Shown in pieces: positions 1-11,772 of a stretch of 64,000 nt of DNA (positions within the stretch are counted from its first letter, which is position 1; every line of letters begins with the position of its first letter). The translations under genes were made by a program, and so were the position numbers. Source of the stretch: an uncultured Rivularia sp. (GTDB taxonomy: Bacteria > Cyanobacteriota > Cyanobacteriia > Cyanobacteriales > Nostocaceae); assembly GCA_963665115.1 (NCBI GenBank), contig OY762007.1, forward strand, positions 5,792,001-5,856,000, given 5' to 3'. The notes beneath the pieces are model-generated. The model saw only the letters and a program-made list of their open reading frames with translations, was not told the DNA's origin and made no database searches.

Positions 1-3000
1 GCAAGGCTACATCATAACCCCAGAAACGTTGGGGTGGTGTATAAAAAGGAGTACGACCAAAGTTTTCTGCGCCGTCTTCTTTGTTTTGAGCGATTCTATA
101 ACCTTGTGCATATCCAAAATTGGTTCCTGAACCTGTCGTATAACCTAAATAATGACCAGATGTTAAACCTTTGAAAGGAGCAGTAAATACTTGCCAAGGC
201 GCTGTAGCATAGGAACTACGTTTGTACTGAATGAATGCACCAAGGGCATTGTGTTTTTTATCTTCCCAGTTTTCTAAATAACGAATAAAGTTTTCTAAAC
301 CACCATTTGATTCGGTTGGTCGTCCTGGAGTATTACCTTGTGCAAATACTAGATTTGTTTCTGTATCAATAGCCTTTTGCTGCCAACTATCATTTTTCCT
401 TAATAAATCATTTTCTTTTTTGTTATAAGTATCTTTGTCCAAAGCTCTATTATTAAAATCCTTTCCAGATTTTTGAAAAGGTATTTGTATTTGCAATACG
501 GGTATCAATAAAGGTTGTTCTGTTGGTCTATCTCCAGTAAGTGAACCTTTATTATGAATCCACAAAGGATTCTCATAACTATAGTCCTTAGCATTACTTT
601 TATTCGTCAAAAACCATAGAGCGTTATTATTATATCGACGATCGCTATTGCTAGAGTATTTTTTGTATGGTTTGCTATTAATACTGAGTTCATTGGAATA
701 AGGATAATATGTTATTTCTTTTCCTCCTGTTTTAATTCCTATTGGAATTGGTGTTTTATCAACAGGATCAAGTACTAGGGTATAAGGTTTTTTACTTCCT
801 GGAATGATAGAAGTTCCACTTTTTTCTACTGTTAAACCAGCACTATATCTGAGAAATGCTACTCTTCGTGGCAGGCTTTGGTCTTGCCCAGGTTGTACTG
901 TTGTACCCGCCCAAATTCTGCTTGTCTCTAAATTTGCACCTGTACTGGTAACAGCTTGAGCTAACTCATTTGCCTTAATATTTTTTTCTGTATTACTAAA
1001 GTTTCCATCATCATCCAAGTCATAACCAACTACCCAGTCATTAGCTGTACAAGTGGTAACTATTTTCTTCGGACAAGTTTCCATTAAATATTCGGTAAAC
1101 TGCACCCGTCGCTGAATTGGGGTAACGAAATTATTAAAGTAAGAACTACCTGTACCACTACTACCACCAGAGTAATCACCGTCCCTAAAGTTACGACTAG
1201 TAACAAAATTGTTATCCCAAAAACCTTTTATCTTAGCTGCTGCTGAGGTAGTTATTTTATTTCTTTCAGAAACATTATTGTCAGTTGCATCACCGTCACC
1301 ATTAAGGTCGAAACCAAAGTCTGATTCATTAACAGTTCCCAAACTACCGCTGCCATCGGCATCGAAAGCTAGAAAAACTGGATTACCGTCTTTATCAATC
1401 GTGTCGTAGTTATTATTTAGGTCGTAGTCGCCTTCATTGCGAAAGCCCAAGCGGAAATCGTTGGATAAAACCGTAATAGCATCACCCAAAACCGTTGTTG
1501 GTCGCCAAGTTTCACCCGTTAAGCCGCAGCTAGGCTGACCTTTACGACAAGCGAAGTTAGCATTGAGAAGACTACGCCCGTAGAATGTACCACTCCAATC
1601 CGTTACATTTTTTAGCCCCCTGTCTTTAAATTCTTCTTGAGTATGGACATTAAAATTTCCTTTAATATAAACTGGCAGGTTACTTGCTAAGATTAGGCCT
1701 TTCTCCTCTGCTTTATAGGTTGCATTACGGCTTAAATCACTACCATTAATCAGCATGATGCCGTGAGGTCGCCGAGTTGGATCTAATGTAAAGTCAGTAG
1801 AACTTTTATCTTCGCTGCTTTCAACACTTGCATCTGCTAAAGCATCATCGCGGGGTCGCGTAAATTAGTCCACTATTGGGAAACAGAAATTCCCCACTAG
1901 TCCTAGATTTTCTTCGCAATAAATCTAAATCTACAATAGTTGCACGAATTTCTAAAGGCTGACGCATTTCAACATCCAAGTCGTAGGCTTTTGGACTTGA
2001 AGGCTTGTCAATAGCTTTAACCTGTCTTGCATCCAAGAAAGCAGTTTCCATAATAGCGCCGTGAGGAATAACACTATCTGTAGGAGCGCCAATACCATTG
2101 TCTAAAATTTTCAACGCGCATACGGCAGAATCAATTGCCGATTGCTGGGAAAGGCTAAGAGGTTTGTTTACTGCTTTTTGAGCTAATGCATCTTTAAGAG
2201 GCTTATTAACCCAGCGCCCGTTAGGATACTTCAGTGTTGCCTGGTAAGCTAATACACTGCTGTAACTTGCTGAAGAAGGAAATGCGTAAACAACCCCGTT
2301 ATTTGAGTTACCTCTACTGCCACTAGCAACAGTAGGCAATCCGGTTAAACCTCTTTTTTGTTGGGAAGTAGGTAACTTTGTATCTCTTAAGCTAACGTTA
2401 GGTAGAGTATCTTGATTTATTGCTGTAGTACTGTTTGTCGGGTCATAGTAACTGCTAACACAGGCTATTGGTGTTTGATAATCATTTGGTGTTTTAGGGT
2501 CGTAAGAGTCTGCCTGATAGTGATAAACTGCTGTAGCCCGCATTTTCAGGTAGGGCGTATTATCACTTGGTAAGCCTTCAGCCTCAGTAGTAATACTCAT
2601 CGGCATAGCATCTGACCAAACTGTTTTTTCCGTGCTGGTAAAGCTACTTGGAGTAGAAGTTCTAGATAAATATATTCCTGCGCCAGTAACTATCCGTAAG
2701 CCACCAACTACATCTAAAGGTCCTGTAGGTTGTTTTGCTGTGGATGCTTCCCAGAAATCATCTCTATCTGTAATTCCTAAATCGTCTAGCTGGTAAGCTT
2801 GGGAATAGCGCTTGCGTGTCTCAGTGCTGTCATCCCATTCTTTACCAGAAATGACCTGCCCATCATCTACTGAGCTAATAAATTTATTTTTAGTATTGTC
2901 GTACCATAATTGGGGTAAACCATTACCTACTAAAATGCGATCGCCAATTCTTTCCTCTTTATCTGCCTTCGTTTGTACCTTTGGATCGGTTGCAGATAGA

Positions 3001-4586
3001 TAAATTTTCTTGCCGTCTTCCTTAATTCCAATCTTGGCGTAATTGGTAGCATTTGTACCATTGCTTGGATCGAAGGGAAAAACCCATTTGTCTATTGGAC
3101 GCAGAGAATCGCCGCTTCCCTGTATCGGTTTTGATGTTGCATAACTACCAAGTGCATTGCCACCATCGACAACCTCCGCATAGGGAACGCGACGAGTTCG
3201 CTTTCTGAAGTAAATTTTTAGCTGCTCGTCACGTGCATCACTACGTTTTTTAGCTGGATTAGCCTCCATATCCTTTGTAATTCCTTTTTGCACCTCATCT
3301 GGAAGGGTTGTTTCACTAGAAAAGTAAGAATTTGTTGCTTCTACCAAGCGCTCAATTCTGTCCGTATATGCTCTACTGTTGTAGGCTGCTGTATTCCCAT
3401 ACACAGTTGTAGGTACAGTCTTTTGCGTATCGTCAATTGTTTTTCCTGTAGTAACACCACCCGATTTATACAAATCAACTGCTACAGGATCGCCTGCCTG
3501 ATTTTCGTTTACACGGCTGTTTATGACATTTCCCGCAACAAGAATTTTATTGTTTGATTCATTGAAATAGCAAGATTTGGGACTGCTGACTAGATAAAAT
3601 CTAATATCTTCATCAGATTTTCTTGTTAGCAAATTACCATTGGTAAAAATACGCCCATTTATATTTAAACCTTCACCAGGAGTAATTTCTAAATCATCTT
3701 CATAAAGTACCGCATTGTTAGGAAGCGGAATCCTTTCTCTGTCTTGCTGATATTCTAAAGCTACAAAACCTTTATTACCTTTAAATACTTCATACTTGCT
3801 ACGATCGGCGCTCTTGATACCATTTAAATCGGTAATAGGTACGGTAGTAGTATAAACGAAAAAACTTCTTTTAAGCGTACCACCAACCTTGTACCAACCT
3901 TGAGTACCTACCAAGTCAGCACTAGTAGCAACATCAGTATCACATGTAGTACCACTTATCCCTTCATCCATCGGTTGAGTTCTTGCTTCTAAGGGACTTC
4001 TAGCTCTTGTACTAGTGGGAGTCTTGTAGTAAATACCGTATAAGGTGTAACTATCGAATAAGCCGTCATTATCTGTATCTACAGGATATTTCCAAGCAGA
4101 ATTTAGGCTTTCTTCGTCTTCGATGGTATTGTTCTTATTGACATCATGAACAAGTTTCAACTGTGTTTCATCACCAAATGTATATTTATTAATACTGGCA
4201 TCAAAGACTTGGGTTAATGATACGTCTGAAAATGTCGAACGCGGCAACAAAGGGTCTTCAATTAACTGATTTATTTTCGCTTTAGCTCTATCAATTGCCG
4301 GAGTAGCCGCATTCAAGACTGCCTGATTAACCCTAACATTACTCGCATTCTTAGAACGCTCAAACGACCTAAATAAAATCGCAATAGTCAACAACACAAC
4401 TACCAGCGAAACCATCGCCACCGTTGGTAATACAAAACCTGCATTAACCCATTCCGGTCGCTTTTTAGTAACTATGAAGCTTCGTAAAAGCCATAAACTT
4501 TGTTCCTTTACAGTAGATGGAGGTTTACGGCGAAACTGTTGGTAAAAGTTTTGAATTGCCCTGACTAACTTACGATTTTTCGACAT
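1..4586 (-). CDS. hpsA: Hormogonium polysaccharide biosynthesis protein HpsA; runs off the left edge; +1 frameshift at ~1852-1855
   Basis: ORF 1845-4586 has the pilin-like AGFVLPTVAMVSLVVVLL segment. Removing one G from GGGG (1852-1855) gives YATRDDALADAS..., and the same frame reads PFYTPPQRFWGYDVAL at the window edge. Confidence 0.85.
2937..2944. repeat. HIP1 octamer GCGATCGC (one example of many in the window)
   Basis: Exact GCGATCGC, recurring throughout; a known cyanobacterial signature. Confidence 0.9.
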
Positions 4587-5077
4587 AGCTACTTTCCTAT
4601 CAATAATTTTTATGCGATTTTTTAAATTGAATAGATTTAAAGTTTTTGAAAATAAGGCCTATCTTTTTTAGGCAAATATGGGTGTTTTAATGATTCTCTA
4701 ATGCAGTAACAAAATAGTTCCCGTAAGGACTTATTGAAAAATATGATATAGAAACATTGCCAACCTAAATAATTTTTGGTTGGCAGCCGACAATATCAAA
4801 AAGCTTCATAAATCAAACAAAGGTGCTATTTTAATTTTGTAAATTTTTTATGTTTTTCCGGTTTAAAAAAATGCAATATGAATTATTTAATTTATAGCCG
4901 AAGGATAAAAATAAAGCCATAGCTTCATGGAATTTTTGCCGATTTTTTACTTAATTTAGTATTAGCTCAAGACAACTTTATGAAGTTGTTATTAGCCGAC
5001 TAAAGTTATAGTACCCAGTTGGAAAGGTAAAGTTATCAGCCGTCTTAAAAAAAAATTACAGGATTTGATTGCAAAAA

Positions 5078-5107
5078 TGTAGAGACGTAGCAGTGCTACG
5101 TCTCCCC
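5078..5107 (+). repeat. GTAG-tagged REP-like palindrome TGTAGAGACGTAGCAGTGCTACGTCTCCCC
   Basis: Hairpin GAGACGTAGCA-G-TGCTACGTCTC; related copies at 8468-8498 and 8656-8682. Confidence 0.85.
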
Positions 5108-5272
5108 AAGATTTCGATACAACGCATAATTTATCGCAAACAGTCCGACTGTACCTGATAATAGATGAGGCGGTAAAAACATGATTTCGCTACTTCTTTC
5201 TTCTTTTATATCGGCGTGGGGTTGCAAACCTAAGCTGATAAGGATTTACGATATTATCCTAATAAGCCAAAT

Positions 5273-5612
5273 GGTGCGTGACGGCATTCCGTAAGTTATT
5301 TCGTTACGCTTAATAAATTATTCTAGCCGTCACACACTAGGCTGTTGACTTTGATGGTTTTTGGCGAATTTTCCGCTATCTTTATTTGTGTTGCTTTTAC
5401 TGGATTGAAAGTGGCTGTAACAGCCACTTTCAATCCAAAAATATAGACACAGAATCTGCATGAAGTCTTGCGGGCTAAAGGGTACAGAGTCAACACCCTA
5501 GTACAGCATGGCGGAAATAAACCCACCATTATGAATCTTGGAAAATCATCATTTGCAGCCTTTGAAAAGGGTAGGCGTATTTACGCCGCACGGTACTAGT
5601 CACACACCCTAC
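5273..5612. mobile_element. REP-like hairpin interrupted by two nested MITEs
   Basis: GGTGCGTGACGGC...GCCGTCACACA|CCCTAC is split. TCACACA is duplicated at 5330-5336 and 5600-5606. Inner TIR pairs are GGCTGTTGACT/AGTCAACACCC and CTAGTAC...GTACTAG. Confidence 0.75.
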
Positions 5613-5643
5613 GAAATATAGAAATAAAACTAGATATAAAAAC

Positions 5644-5674
5644 AAAGCCCACATATTTTATATATGTGGGCTTT
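5644..5674 (-). terminator. Probable intrinsic terminator after rpmB
   Basis: AAAGCCCACATAT...ATATGTGGGCTTT stem-loop 50 bp downstream of the rpmB stop. Confidence 0.7.
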
Positions 5675-5724
5675 ATATCTTGATAGATTGGAAAGGCAAT
5701 ATAAGAATTACCCGGCATTCCAAT

Positions 5725-5961
5725 TTACATACGATTGAGATTGATTCCAGCTTCTTTAGCCATTGCATCCAAACCTTTCTTTTCCAAAGTTTTGATTGCT
5801 TTAGTAGAAATCTTCAGTCTCACCCAGCGATTACCTTCAGCCCACCAAACGCGCTTGCTTTGCAGGTTAGCTTGCTGAAGTTTCTTGGTACGACGGTGAG
5901 AGTGAGAAACCGCATAACCGTTATTCGCTTTTTTACCAGTCAGTTGACACCTACGCGCCAT
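5725..5961 (-). CDS. rpmB: 50S ribosomal protein L28
   Basis: [34 protein letters not shown], a canonical bL28 sequence. Confidence 0.98.
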   Translation of the reverse strand: MARRCQLTGKKANNGYAVSHSHRRTKKLQQANLQSKRVWWAEGNRWVRLKISTKAIKTLEKKGLDAMAKEAGINLNRM

Positions 5962-6077
5962 ATGAATAATCTCCTATTTTTTAACGTAATTTTCTATTTT
6001 ATATGAGAGAGGGGGGAGGGGGAGAGGGGATGGGGAGATGGGGGGAAACTTAAACTTCCTAACTCCTAACTCCTAAC

Positions 6078-6210
6078 TATAGCGGTTTTCATTTGGATAG
6101 AATACAAACTGAACCTCACCCTCGTTCCCTCTCCTTATTAAGGAGAGGGATGTCCGACAGGACAGGGTGAGGTTATAAGTGTATTGCACTCAACTGAAAA
6201 AACCGCTATA
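6078..6210. mobile_element. MITE (~133 bp) with ~29-bp imperfect TIRs and an internal palindrome
   Basis: TATAGCGGTTTTCATTTGGATAGAATACA ... TGTATTGCACTCAACTGAAAAAACCGCTATA; internal CCCTCTCCTTATTAAGGAGAGGG. Confidence 0.8.
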
Positions 6211-6254
6211 TTCCCCATCCCTAATTCCCCACCTTTAACCTCTAACCTTTGACC

Positions 6255-8271
6255 TTATTTCGCTGCTTGCTGTGTCAGCTTGGTGAGAACTTCATTAGAA
6301 CGTTCTACGAAGGATTTCATTCCGTCTGCGTCGAAGCCTTTTTGGGACATTAGGGCTAAGTCGTAAACGTGTTGGCAAATTGAGTTTACTATTTCGGCGT
6401 TGGAGGATTGTCCGTCACTTTGAATAATACTACCTTGGTTGAGATTTTCCAGGTTTTGTATCAGTGGGTGGGCTGTATTAACTAATAATACGTGTTCTTC
6501 GGGAAATTCTACGTTTTGCTGCTGCATCATGGCGTTCATTTCTCGCAAACGACGCAGTATTTCTGGTAAAAGCACCATTGCTGGTGGTGTTCCTTGGGGA
6601 TTGTCGGATTTTAAGGCTTCGGTACGAATGTTGAGTTTGGGTTTGTTGAGGGCTTTTTCAAAGATTTCTTTGATTGTGTCTCCTCGGGTTTTGTTGGTTG
6701 TTGGATCTACTATTTCGCTGGATTTCTCTTTGTCTAGCAGGGTGTTATCCAAGTCGGAGTCTACGCGAGTGAATTTAACTTCGTTGTATTCGCGTTCGAG
6801 GAAGTTGATAAAGTGGGTGTCGATGAAGGAGTCTAAATATAAGACTTCTAACCCTTGATTTTTATGTAATTCTACGTAAGCAGCTTGTGATGCTGCATCG
6901 TTACAATAAAAGACGCGATTTTCGTGACTTGCTTTATTGCGCTCTAAATACTCTTTGATGGTTACGTAGGGAAATTCTGCTTTTTTAGGGGATTCAGCAT
7001 TTTGTTCTGCTTCTCCACCAGGGGTAACATCTTGCCATGCGTCGCCTTCTTGGGACTGTACTTCTACTGCGGGGGTTTCTGCTGGTTTTATTACAGTCTC
7101 AGTAGTTTCTGGGTTATGAGTAGTTCGGAAAACTACGATGTCTTCAACTTGCTTTTGGAACTTCTCATCGTTCATTACCCCGAACTTAACGAAGGTTGCT
7201 AAATCTTTCCAAGCATAAATATACTGCTCGCGGTCATCGCGGTACAGTTGTTTGAGCCTGTCTCCAACTTTTTTAGCAATGTAATCGCCGATTCTTTTGA
7301 CGGTGCGATCGCCTTGTAATGCACTACGGGATACGTTCAGGGGAATGTCGGTACTATCGATTACACCCCGCATTGGCAACAAGAATTGAGGAATGATTTC
7401 TTCGCAGTTGTCGCTAACAAATACTTGGTTGCAAAATAGTTTGGTTTGTCCTTTGCTAACGTCAACATCGGGTTTAAGTTTGGGAAAGTAAAGAATACCG
7501 TTGATGATGAAGGGATAATCGGTATTCAAATGTACCCATAACAAAGGTTCTTCCTCGAAAGGATACAGGTAGCGGTAGAACTCCATGTAATCTTCTTTAG
7601 TCAAATTACTGGCAGATTCACGCCACGGTGCTTTTTGTCGATTTAATACCTCACCATCAAGTTTGATGGCTACTGGCATAAAGTCACAGTAAGTTTTAAC
7701 AAGATTCTTGACTCTTGCTTCCTCGACAAATTCCTCTTCTTCTTCCATCAGATGAAGAATAATAGTAGTACCGCGAGTTGTGCGGGATGATTCTTCTAGA
7801 GTAAATTTTGGCGAACCATCGCAACTCCAGTGAAACCGGCTCTGCACCTTCTTTGTAAGATAAAGTATCTATTTCAACCTGCTTGGCTACCATGAAGGAA
7901 GAGTAAAAACCCAGCCCAAAATGACCGATAATTGGACGATCGGATTCACCTTGGTACTTCTGAACGAATTCTTCAGCGCTAGAAAAAGCAACTTGGTTGA
8001 TATATTTCTTAACTTCATCAACCGTCATACCGATACCATTATCGGTAATCGAAAGAGTTTTCTTATCTTTATCTACAGCAAGTATAATTTCTGGTTCGCC
8101 AGTTTCGCCGGAGAATTCCCCAGAGCGAGCTACCATTTGCAGCTTTTGGATAGCATCAACGGCGTTTGATACAAGTTCCCGTAAAAAGATTTGATGATCT
8201 GAGTAAAGAGACTTTTTGATAATCGGGAAAATATTCTCAGTATGGATACTGATGGTACCTTGTTCTAACAT
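6255..8271 (-). CDS. htpG: Molecular chaperone HtpG (Hsp90); +1 frameshift at ~7833-7835
   Basis: IFLRELVSNAVDA and IGHFGLGFYSSF motifs in 7696-8271; middle and C domains in 6255-7847. Deleting one base restores EPVHWSCDGSP. Confidence 0.95.
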
Positions 8272-8523
8272 AATTTAACCGCAGCAAATACAAATATTCT
8301 AATGATTATTTGGGTAATAAAACCCCAATACCCCACTTTACTGGAAAGGAAAGCAGGGTTATTATCAATCTGGATTTTAAATGCTGGGCGAATAAATTGC
8401 ACCTAACTTGCTGGATTGTTTGCCCTATAAAGGTGATTCGGATTTCCCTACCGACTGTTGTGTATTGTGTAGAGAGCTCCACACTGCTACGTCTCCCCGT
8501 CTTTTGATTTTTAACTACAATTT

Positions 8524-8661
8524 CTTGAAATGAGATCGGAATTTGGTCAAATTAATTTGTTGTGTTGCCCAAACGCTGATGGAGACTAACGAAAATTCCT
8601 TGAAATGAGATCGGAATTTGGTCAAATTAATTTGCTGTGTTGCCCAAACGCTGATGGAGAC
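8524..8661. repeat. 63-bp direct duplication (period 75) between inverted REP-like palindromes
   Basis: 8524-8586 vs 8599-8661 differ at one base; REPs at 8468-8498 and 8656-8682. Confidence 0.9.
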
Positions 8662-9583
8662 GTAGCAGTGCTACGTCTCTACATTTTTGAAATAAACGGG
8701 GAAAGAAAATTTTCAAAACAGCGATTATCATTACTTGTTTATTTTTCACCACAGCAGGATTATTTTTAATGCAATTCCACCAAAAATAAACCGCAGTCAA
8801 AGTTTGACGTTGTTTTGGTGGTGCTTCAATAGCTTTAAAAGTCAGATATTGATATAGATGTGAAAGACTTTGTTTTTTCAAATGCTGTAATTTTTCAGCT
8901 TTGGGATAACTAAAAGCACGCTCAATTACTTTTAATGATGCAGCTTCTTGTTTTTTAAGATTGGTAGACATTGAGGTGGTTGATGTTCGATATAAAATTT
9001 GCGGTTTTTCAACACATACAAATTCGTAATTAGCTGCAAGACGCAACCACATATCAATGTCTTCTGCTGCGGTTAGCGATTCATCAAAACCACCAATATC
9101 GAAAGCTTTTTGACGAATTAAGGGATTAGAACCATTTTCTAAAAAGTTAGTTACTAAAAGTTTACTGAAAGCATCACCATTAACTTTAATTCTTCTACCG
9201 GATTTGATAAATTTACTCGATTCGTCAATATAATCAGTCCAGCTATAGGCTACAGCAGCTTGAGTATTTTTTTGTAAAGCTTTCAATTGCGATTCGAGTT
9301 TGTCAGGTGTCCATAAATCATCGGCATCGATAAAAGAAATATATTCTTCTTTCGCACGATCAATTCCTCGATTGCGACTTGCTGATAAACCCGCATTTGG
9401 ATAAGAAAATATCTTGATGCGGGAATCGGAGATATTTTTGATGATTTCTAAAGTTGCATCTGTAGAGCCGTCATTAATTATAATTATTTCTATATCTTTA
9501 AAAGTTTGATTTAAGATTGAATCGACTGTTTCTTCAATAGTTTTTTCTCCGTTAAATACGGGGATGATTACAGATATAGACAT
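8627..9583 (-). CDS. Glycosyltransferase family 2
   Basis: ISVIIPVFN, IIINDGSTD, FIDADD and EDIDMWLR motifs. Confidence 0.92.
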   Translation of the reverse strand: MSISVIIPVFNGEKTIEETVDSILNQTFKDIEIIIINDGSTDATLEIIKNISDSRIKIFSYPNAGLSASRNRGIDRAKEEYISFIDADDLWTPDKLESQLKALQKNTQAAVAYSWTDYIDESSKFIKSGRRIKVNGDAFSKLLVTNFLENGSNPLIRQKAFDIGGFDESLTAAEDIDMWLRLAANYEFVCVEKPQILYRTSTTSMSTNLKKQEAASLKVIERAFSYPKAEKLQHLKKQSLSHLYQYLTFKAIEAPPKQRQTLTAVYFWWNCIKNNPAVVKNKQVMIIAVLKIFFPRLFQKCRDVALLRLHQRLGNTAN

Positions 9584-9609
9584 TTGATTAAAATCCGTTT
9601 TTTATTAAA

Positions 9610-10599
9610 TTAAGTTGTTTTCTCATACCCTAAAAAAGTACTGGTATTTGAGAAACGAGGAAGTTTTTTGAAAAGTACGTTTGCCCAGTTGGGAGGTAAA
9701 ACAACCATTGCAATCAATTTTAAAGTAGCTTTGAAAATTATCGGTTTAGATAAAAGACTTACATCTGTTTTAATCGCAGTAAATAAAAATCTTACCGCAA
9801 CTGCACTTTGCTGTTTTCCTGGTGGTGTTGTCAGAACTTTGTAGCAAAGATATTTATAAAGGTTTCCAATTGCTATAGGCTTAAGATGTTGTAGAGATTT
9901 GGCTTTTTCACGAGCAAAACCACGTTGAATAACTTCTAAATTTGATTTTTCCAGTCCTAATACGTTCGATGACATGGAAATTTGTTGAATTCGATATAAA
10001 ATCTGTGTTTTTGGGACGCAAATAAAATCAGTTATAGCTGATAGTTTTAACCACATATCGGTATCTTGAGCATTGGTTAATAGTTCATCAAAACCACCAA
10101 TTTCAATAAATACGTCTCTGCGAATCATCACGTTAGAACCGTTACCGATAAAATCATCTAATAAGAATTTAGAATAGACATCTCCGTTCCAATTAACGTG
10201 AGCAGCTTTACGCAGAAACTTATTATTTTCATCTATACAATTTGTCCAGCTATAAGCAACACCAGATTGAGGATTTTCTTGCAAAGCTGTATATTGCTCT
10301 GCTAATTTATCAGAAGTCCATAAATCATCTGCATCTAAAAAAGTAATATAATCCCCAGTAGCCTCTTTGAATCCGCGATTTCTATTAACGGCTACATTGG
10401 CTTGAGGATAATCAAAAGCTTTGATTCTCTCGTCTTTTATTTGAGAAACTATTGAAAGAGTTGAGTCAGTAGAACTAGCATTTATAATAATTAATTCAAA
10501 ATCCGTAAAACTTTGATTTAAAACTGATTGAATTGTTTCTTTAATTGTTTTTTCTGCATTGTATGCTGGGATAATTACAGATATGAGATTGTTTAACAT
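9610..10599 (-). CDS. Glycosyltransferase family 2
   Basis: ISVIIPAYN and FLDADD motifs; paralog of the adjacent GT2. Confidence 0.92.
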   Translation of the reverse strand: MLNNLISVIIPAYNAEKTIKETIQSVLNQSFTDFELIIINASSTDSTLSIVSQIKDERIKAFDYPQANVAVNRNRGFKEATGDYITFLDADDLWTSDKLAEQYTALQENPQSGVAYSWTNCIDENNKFLRKAAHVNWNGDVYSKFLLDDFIGNGSNVMIRRDVFIEIGGFDELLTNAQDTDMWLKLSAITDFICVPKTQILYRIQQISMSSNVLGLEKSNLEVIQRGFAREKAKSLQHLKPIAIGNLYKYLCYKVLTTPPGKQQSAVAVRFLFTAIKTDVSLLSKPIIFKATLKLIAMVVLPPNWANVLFKKLPRFSNTSTFLGYEKTT

Positions 10600-10656
10600 A
10601 TCAATTATAGAAATGATAATAATTGATATGCTAATCCTACCTTTAGAACAATAGCC

Positions 10657-11631
10657 TCAGTATAATCTCGTGAAATTAGAGATTCGCATCCGCCATAAAT
10701 AAAAAGGACTAATTAAAGTCGCTAGCAAACGCTGCATTTCGCAAGCCGCAGCAATATCTTTATTTAAAACTTTTCTATAGCGAATAAAATGCAATAATGT
10801 TTTTCGTAAATCGTTGACTAAATAAGCAAAAAAAGCAAAAGGTCTTTGCCACCAATCAAGCATTAACATTCTTAAATGGAAGCGCCCTAAACCAACAATT
10901 CTCATTAAGTTTCGCAGATATTTTTCTTCCACTCGCGATGATGAAATAATATGTTCAATTTCCATCTCGGCGTTATACCAAATTTCCCATCCTGCTCTAT
11001 AAATATATAATAATGCTTCTGCATCTTCACCAATAGGCATCTGACTTTTTTCAGTTTTACCGATTAATAATAATTTTGCAGGAACGTATTTCTGCCAAAC
11101 ATTTCGGCGTACTACCATCCCCGCACCAGGGGGAAGTCCTTTTTTGCGAGGTTCGTACATCAAAGGTTCCGAACCGCGATCGACTAAAGCTAGATAAAAA
11201 GTAATATCCTTAAGTTCTTCCGGCGGATTAGTTTCAAAAACACCGTGGATTTTACTGCTAAAAGCCCCAGCTTTCGGATGTTCTTGAGCAAATTTGCAAG
11301 CTGAACTTACCCAATTTGCAAACGGTAAATTATCATCATCAATAAATCCGACTAATTCACCTTTTGCTTCATTCATAGCCCGCTGTCTGGCAAAAGATAT
11401 ACCTTGTTCCCCTTCAAAACAATACTTTAAAGGTACGTCTTGCAGCCAATTTTCTTGATATTCCTTAACCAGTTTTGCAGTACCATCAGTACTATTATTA
11501 TCAACAATAATAACTTCCCAATTAATATGTTTGGTATTTACCTGTTCTTTTAATTTATCTAATACCTTGGGTAAACGAATTTCTCCGTTGTAAGTGGGGA
11601 TAGCAACGGTTAAGTTTACGGCTGTATTCAT
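10657..11631 (-). CDS. hpsE: Hormogonium polysaccharide glycosyltransferase, HpsE family (GT2)
   Basis: TVAIPTYNG, WEVIIVDNNSTD, FIDDDN, LPPGAG and GWEIWYN motifs typical of the HpsE family; hpsA lies nearby. Confidence 0.75.
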   Translation of the reverse strand: MNTAVNLTVAIPTYNGEIRLPKVLDKLKEQVNTKHINWEVIIVDNNSTDGTAKLVKEYQENWLQDVPLKYCFEGEQGISFARQRAMNEAKGELVGFIDDDNLPFANWVSSACKFAQEHPKAGAFSSKIHGVFETNPPEELKDITFYLALVDRGSEPLMYEPRKKGLPPGAGMVVRRNVWQKYVPAKLLLIGKTEKSQMPIGEDAEALLYIYRAGWEIWYNAEMEIEHIISSSRVEEKYLRNLMRIVGLGRFHLRMLMLDWWQRPFAFFAYLVNDLRKTLLHFIRYRKVLNKDIAAACEMQRLLATLISPFYLWRMRISNFTRLY

Positions 11632-11729
11632 TTTTAAAAGTGGTTTCTAAAGCTTACCGAGATTATTATTCCCAGTTAGAGATGAAAACTCACAGGTTTG
11701 ATGAAATTGGCGAAACTTAAATTGTCGAA

Positions 11730-11754
11730 GCCCTCATCCTCGAAGAGTGAGGGC
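11730..11754 (-). terminator. Stem-loop after clpB
   Basis: GCCCTCATCCTC-GAA-GAGTGAGGGC immediately downstream of the stop. Confidence 0.55.
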
Positions 11755-11772
11755 GATTTCATCACGAAACCT

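Noticed and set aside
5323..5529. 68-aa ORF
   Set aside because: It lies within nested MITEs and shows no transposase motif.
5680..6006. Antisense and alternate-frame ORFs in the track (this one and similar ones over htpG, eno, metH, amiC, gmk and tsaD)
   Set aside because: Shadows of well-supported genes, with no independent motifs.
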